From Candidatus Aminicenantes bacterium (lineage in GTDB: Bacteria > Acidobacteriota > Aminicenantia > Aminicenantales > Aminicenantaceae), in assembly GCA_046483285.1 (NCBI GenBank), contig JAWODN010000055.1, forward strand, positions 36,530 to 100,529: DNA of 64,000 nucleotides, in the 5' to 3' direction. Positions 63,637 through 64,000 of this stretch are shown here, piece by piece. A model generated the notes under the pieces. It ran no database searches. It worked only from the letters and a program-made list of their open reading frames with translations, and had not been told where the DNA came from. The first letter of the stretch is position 1; the number at the start of each line of letters is the position of its first letter. The translations under genes were made by a program, and so were the position numbers.

Positions 63637-64000
63637 GTCGGTTTATGAAATCCGTCCATTTGTGCTGCATATAATCTTCGATTTTATTTTTAAAAGACTC
63701 CCGGGAAAAATTCAGCGCGTTTTCTCGCAGAAGGTTTTTATTAAAGGTCAACCGGTCAAACTTGTCAAGTGCAGCCGCTAATCCGGCCGCACCCGCCTGG
63801 TTGAATAAAACACCTGTTTTTCCGTGCTGAACCGTCTCAAGCGCCCCTCCCCGCCCTAAAGCAATCACCGGGGTGCCGCAGGCCTGGGATTCCAAAACAT
63901 TAATACCGAAATCTTCCTCCCCCGGCATGATCAACGCCCGGGCTTCCTGATAAATCCGTTTCAGTTCCTCTGAAGACACCTCTCCTGAAAAATGAATATG
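63629..64000 (-). CDS. Glycosyltransferase family 1 (GT4-like), C-terminal part only; gene continues beyond the window end
   Basis: EDFGINVLESQACGTPVIALGRGGALETV is the E-x7-E GT-B C-terminal motif. The frame is open through position 64000. Confidence 0.7.
   Translation of the reverse strand, partial: HIHFSGEVSSEELKRIYQEARALIMPGEEDFGINVLESQACGTPVIALGRGGALETVQHGKTGVLFNQAGAAGLAAALDKFDRLTFNKNLLRENALNFSRESFKNKIEDYMQHKWTDFINRHV

Noticed and set aside
1-64000. CRISPR arrays, tRNA, rRNA and tmRNA genes
   Set aside because: No regularly spaced short direct repeats with unique spacers were found. No tRNA cloverleaf or T-loop (GTTCGAATC) candidates appear in intergenic DNA. There are no rRNA-like regions.

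Overview
This is a 64-kb chromosomal segment of a Gram-negative bacterium with anaerobe-like gene content, roughly 50% GC, phylum not determinable from sequence alone. About 60 mostly housekeeping genes sit on both strands. Main genes in order: a partial mgtE; an NtrY/NtrX-like two-component pair; rodZ-ftsX-ftsE; a large L_115-type NAD-glutamate dehydrogenase; desulforedoxin plus a rubrerythrin-like protein; a porin, purA, alr and a NifU-like gene; nadA; nth; a radical-SAM/archease/rtcB operon; a DASS transporter plus an APS-kinase-like gene; a tandem-duplicated ThyX; tyrS; purN; glnA; an M50 protease; scpA/scpB; ispH-rpsA-IHF-HIT-ACAD; ppiD; plsC; iadA-nhaC; a PspF-like sigma-54 activator with a TPR protein; ffh-rpsP-KH-rimM-trmD-rplS; accB/accC; an IMPase; a MacA-like adaptor with an ABC ATPase and a Yip1-like protein; a DUF4388 protein; miaA-hflX; and envelope genes. 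I found no rRNA, tRNA, CRISPR array, transposase or prophage genes. The feature no coding gene explains is a family of modular, hairpin-rich, noncoding repeats occupying at least 12 intergenic regions (30 bp to 0.9 kb). They are built from recurring modules in a conserved order (G-F-C-D-B-E/A). At all but one of the module-bearing loci (16546-16715, where modules A and B are inverted) they face the start codon of the downstream gene, whichever strand it is on. They carry TATAAT boxes, a T7-ATGAATTCAT palindromic box and a purine-rich motif just before the start codon. All protein calls rest on motifs recognisable by eye; no database search was possible.
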